This document shows, piece after piece, positions 60,703 to 64,000 of a stretch of DNA of 64,000 bases (positions within the stretch are counted from its first letter, which is position 1; each line of letters opens with the position of its first letter). This DNA is from Nitrosarchaeum sp. Its GTDB lineage: Archaea > Thermoproteota > Nitrososphaeria > Nitrososphaerales > Nitrosopumilaceae. A model generated the notes under the pieces. It had not been told where the DNA came from. It did no database searches and saw only the letters and a program-made list of their open reading frames with translations. The DNA lies in assembly GCA_965223865.1 (NCBI GenBank), contig OZ245020.1, forward strand, positions 192,001-256,000. Reading direction: 5' to 3'. The translations under genes were made by a program, and so were the position numbers.

Positions 60703-61119
60703 TTAGGTTTCTGGTTTTCTGCAATGTTGTATTTATTCTGATGTTACGATTGTCATTTGTGATACAACAAGCACAAGAGAACTGAGAAAACCAAAATTGA
60801 TAATCTGCATGTGTATTTAATTATGATTTTTGTGTAGTGTGTCCTGCATTGAACTTTGGTTTAGTGCAACGCACGGAAACGTAGGGTGTTAACCCAATGC
60901 GATGTACTTTGGTATGCCGTGTATTGCGTTTCCGTGACTAAGATATAATATGACAGGTTTACTGACATTTCATCATTGTAAATGTCTGATATGAATGAGT
61001 GTTGCAACCATATTTCATGAGACTAGTGGATTTTGGTAATAAATCCAGGATAAAAAGTAAAAATCAAAATTGAAAATATGCGATACGTAAAAATCTGCTT
61101 TTTGATATATCGCTGCTTA

Positions 61120-61608
61120 ATGACTAATAACGAAAACAACGACAAAGAGAAAAAAGAGATTGTGCCATTTTGGCGTTCTGGATTTGATGAATTAGATCGA
61201 GTCTTTGATAATTTCAAAAGAGATTTTGAACATGCATTTGCTCCTGCCTTTGCTGCAAAGCCACTTCATCTGTTTGAGGCCACAACAGCATGTGACTTGG
61301 TAGATGAGGGAGACAAATTTGTGGTTACTGCAGACATGCCCCGAATAAAAAAAGAAGAGATAAACCTCAATGTAGGTGATGACTATATTGACATCTCAGC
61401 CGAACATAAGGAATCTGAAGAAGAAAAGAAGAAAAAATACATCAAAAAAGAACACAGCGAAGTATCAATTCACAGAAGGATTTCTCTTCCTGACAGGGTA
61501 AAGTCATCTGATGTCAAAGCCAAACTAAACAATGGGATATTGACAGTAGAGATTCCAAAGGAAAAGCCTACTCCAGAGCCAAAGACTACCAAAATCAAGA
61601 TAGAGTAA
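61120..61608 (+). CDS. Hsp20 small heat-shock protein
   Basis: ADMP and AKLNNGILTVEIPK alpha-crystallin motifs. Confidence 0.93.
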   Translation: MTNNENNDKEKKEIVPFWRSGFDELDRVFDNFKRDFEHAFAPAFAAKPLHLFEATTACDLVDEGDKFVVTADMPRIKKEEINLNVGDDYIDISAEHKESEEEKKKKYIKKEHSEVSIHRRISLPDRVKSSDVKAKLNNGILTVEIPKEKPTPEPKTTKIKIE

Positions 61609-61780
61609 CAATATCCAAAAACCATTATTTTTTAATTCTTGAAAAAATATCGGAAAATGCCGAAAAGATAATCTCTGAAATTGAACTGTTGATGTATAAC
61701 AAACAAATTTTGTATTAATGTCAGAAGATAAAATGTGAAATACTGTGATTCTCATTATTCTTTAGTATACTGAAATTAAT

Positions 61781-62026
61781 CTAGTTTGAACCAATCAGGG
61801 TCAAGGTGGAATTGACACCATTGATGTATCTGATCTTTGTGTGTACCATGTTTTTTAGTTGTTCATGTGGAATGCTTACCTGTACCAAAACATCATAGAT
61901 TCCTTGAACAGGTATTACATCTGAAATACACGGTATGTTTTTGAGCTCTTTTATTACACTGTTTCTTTTTGTCTCATTACATGTCAACAAAACAAACGAT
62001 GTGCGGTTGTTTTTTGACTCTGACAA
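61781..62026 (-). CDS. Stand-alone Lrp/AsnC ligand-binding domain protein
   Basis: VQGIYDVLVQV and IRYINGVNSTLTL motifs. Confidence 0.85.
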   Translation of the reverse strand: MSESKNNRTSFVLLTCNETKRNSVIKELKNIPCISDVIPVQGIYDVLVQVSIPHEQLKNMVHTKIRYINGVNSTLTLIGSN

Positions 62027-62079
62027 GCTTGTAGTTATTATGTTTCTGAATGGTTAAGAGATTTTCTATATAATAAAAG

Positions 62080-62119
62080 GTGCAGTTTAGAGTAGTTTTG
62101 AGTAGTTTGGTGCAGTTTT
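62080..62119. repeat. Four imperfect 10-bp tandem units
   Basis: gtgcagttta gagtagtttt gagtagtttg gtgcagtttt. Confidence 0.6.
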
Positions 62120-62216
62120 AGAAAACATTGCAAGCATCTAGGTTAATTTTGAATTATGGAATATTATTTGCAATGATATGTTTTGCCAAAAATATTGGCT
62201 TATCTTCTGGAAAATC

Positions 62217-62468
62217 TCAGTCATAAATACGTCTTCTATGATCAACTTCTACTACAAAAATTATCATCTTTCCCTGCTGTAAATCCATAATAACTCGATA
62301 ATTGCCTACACGCATCCTAAAGAATGCAGAATCAGATAGCTTTCTTACTGCAACAAACGGATTGTCTGTTATTTCCAGTACAGCATCTTTTATTCTTCTT
62401 GCTTGTTTTTTATCTAATTTTTTTAGCTGCCTAACTGACCTAAAAGACCACAAGACACTCCAGGTCAT
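62217..62468 (-). CDS. relE: RelE/ParE family toxin
   Basis: QLKKLDK...FRMRVGNYRVI...HRRRIY. Confidence 0.92.
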   Translation of the reverse strand: MTWSVLWSFRSVRQLKKLDKKQARRIKDAVLEITDNPFVAVRKLSDSAFFRMRVGNYRVIMDLQQGKMIIFVVEVDHRRRIYD

Positions 62469-62698
62469 TATAGTCCCAATTCTTTGTTTAGCTGCTCAGT
62501 AGTGTATACTCTGCCTGCCTTGATGTCTGCTATTGCCTCTTCAATGTTTTTTATTGTTTGAGGCGAGAGTTCATCATCATAGTCTCTTTTTTGAATCAGC
62601 CTTTGGATTATCTGATCAAATGTCTCATTTGGGTATAGTTTTTGTTTTTCCAAGACATCCTTTGTTTTTTTGTCCAGTTGGATTGTGGTTCGTACCAT
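62468..62698 (-). CDS. Cognate antitoxin (RHH-like N-terminus)
   Basis: TTIQL...ETFDQIIQRLI...ADIKAGRVYT; TAATG overlap with the toxin. Confidence 0.88.
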   Translation of the reverse strand: MVRTTIQLDKKTKDVLEKQKLYPNETFDQIIQRLIQKRDYDDELSPQTIKNIEEAIADIKAGRVYTTEQLNKELGL

Positions 62699-62723
62699 GG
62701 CATACTATAGCATACCATGGTAT
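62693..62723. promoter_or_regulatory. Putative TA operator
   Basis: Palindrome ATACCATGGTAT (62712-62723) and a second TACCATGG over the antitoxin start codon. Confidence 0.65.
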
Positions 62724-62803
62724 AAAAATCATTAGGTAAATTTCAGTCACATAATATCTTGAAAAAGTTGTAAAATGTACCCAGAAATGATGTTCATATA
62801 TCA

Positions 62804-64000
62804 TCATACTTTGGCACCAATTGATGCCAAGACACTCAGAAATTCCTCTTCTGCTATTTGCTTAGAATCTGCATCATCTTGTGCAAGCATTACCGGGGTT
62901 GTAACTCCACTCCACTTGTCATTGAGTTGTTCATAGGGTATCTTTGCAGCCCATCGTCTTTTGTTGTTTCTGTTTGTTACAAGAATGATCATTGGGATGT
63001 GCAGCTTTTTGGCCAAGATGATCTCTGGCACACAGTCATCAGCTGAGATTCTGCGTTGCTTTCTTTTTGGTTGATCCTTTAGCGTAAATGATTTGTTGGA
63101 GTCTACTGCAACTATCTCTGTAGTACTTTCTTCTCCAGTACCATCAACATCATAACAGATGATTCTCTTCTTTTTTATTATAAAATCAGGCTGTCCTGCA
63201 CCATGGCCGTCAGTTACCTCAAAACCTACATCTCGCAAATATTGTGCCATCTCCTCTTGCTTTTTGTGACCTATGATACGGTTTGCAATGCCGTCCTGTG
63301 TAGTCAGAATAGTCTCTGTGTTTGAGTCATTTGCAGAGAATCATCATCTGGGATATTTCTTACATCATTATCAGAATCAGAAATTTTCTTGTTTTGTGCA
63401 TTGAGTGCCTCAGTTTGTGACAATAATATCTCATACTGGTTTGGATTCTGTGCAAACCATTGCTGAACTGTCTTGAGAATATCATTTTGTTTTTGTTGGC
63501 TCTCAATTAGTTGATCAATCTTTTCATCTTGTATCTTTTGGTGTGTTGCTCTTTGTTCTTCATTTATGTTAAATTGAGATATTTTGTCTTGTATATTTTG
63601 CTGGTTTTCTGTAATTTTTTTAATTTCAGGGATTATGGTATCAGTTAGTTTCATTGCAAAATTTTCCAGTTTCTCTTCTGTTCTGTCTTGCATTTTTTCT
63701 GCAAATTCATCTAGTGTTGGCGTGATGATTGTGTTCACCTGCTTGGCTATCTTGGTACCGTCTGTTCTTAGTCCTGCATCCTCTTCTTGTCCAATACTTT
63801 CTCCAAACGAGACCAACTTGAAGAACAAAAACCACAACAATACAACAAAGGAAATTGCAATTGGTATGATAGCATATTCTTGGTTGATTCCATTATTGCC
63901 ATCAAATATGGTTTCCAGTGGGAATAACAGCAAACTATGATGATACAGTACAACAAAGGTTATTGCAACTGCAGAAACTGTGGGAGCTGCAAATCTGGCC
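62804..64000 (-). pseudogene. TM + coiled-coil + PD-(D/E)xK nuclease-like gene split by a frameshift near 63335-63341; 5' end uncertain
   Basis: The frame of ORF 62804-63250 stays open upstream (SANDSNTETILTTQDGIANRIIGHKKQEEM) and overlaps the end of ORF 63304-63933; G...YLRDVGFEV...GQPDFII motif. Confidence 0.6.

Larger units (their letters stand above)
50485..64000. mobile_element. Probable tRNA-anchored genomic island, extending beyond the window
   Basis: att-like relic, low coding density, pseudogenes, TA pair and extra copies of core-type genes (TBP, thermosome). Confidence 0.6.

Overview
AT-rich archaeal DNA that reads as an ammonia-oxidising Nitrososphaerota (Nitrosopumilus-like) chromosome. 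The assignment rests on the AOA-type cox cluster with a blue-copper protein, Tes, AglB, GatDE, Cdc48, npdG and archaeal SRP RNA. Two core blocks (about 1.1-5.7 kb and 18.3-50.5 kb) contain or flank three tRNAs (Val-TAC, Lys-CTT, Arg-TCG), the SRP RNA and a box C/D sRNA. There are three accessory regions. (i) The left edge holds a G[YF][DN]xx repeat protein beside the tRNA-Val 3' end. (ii) A ~9.5 kb island is bounded by a 14-bp direct repeat of the tRNA-Lys 3' end (8731-18214) and carries a truncated integrase. (iii) An island starts at a tRNA-3'-end-like relic at 50485 and runs off the window; it holds many zinc-finger microproteins, a nonsense-truncated TBP, a thermosome subunit, Hsp20, a RelE-type TA pair and a frameshifted membrane-anchored nuclease. 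The most notable observation lies in island (ii). Seven co-oriented, largely unrelated exported or membrane-protein genes are butted together, and their junctions carry variants of one DNA motif (consensus GAAAATGAAAACYAGA). An eighth, near-empty copy closes the array, which suggests a cassette (integron-like) array. All calls come from reading the sequence by eye; no searches were run.
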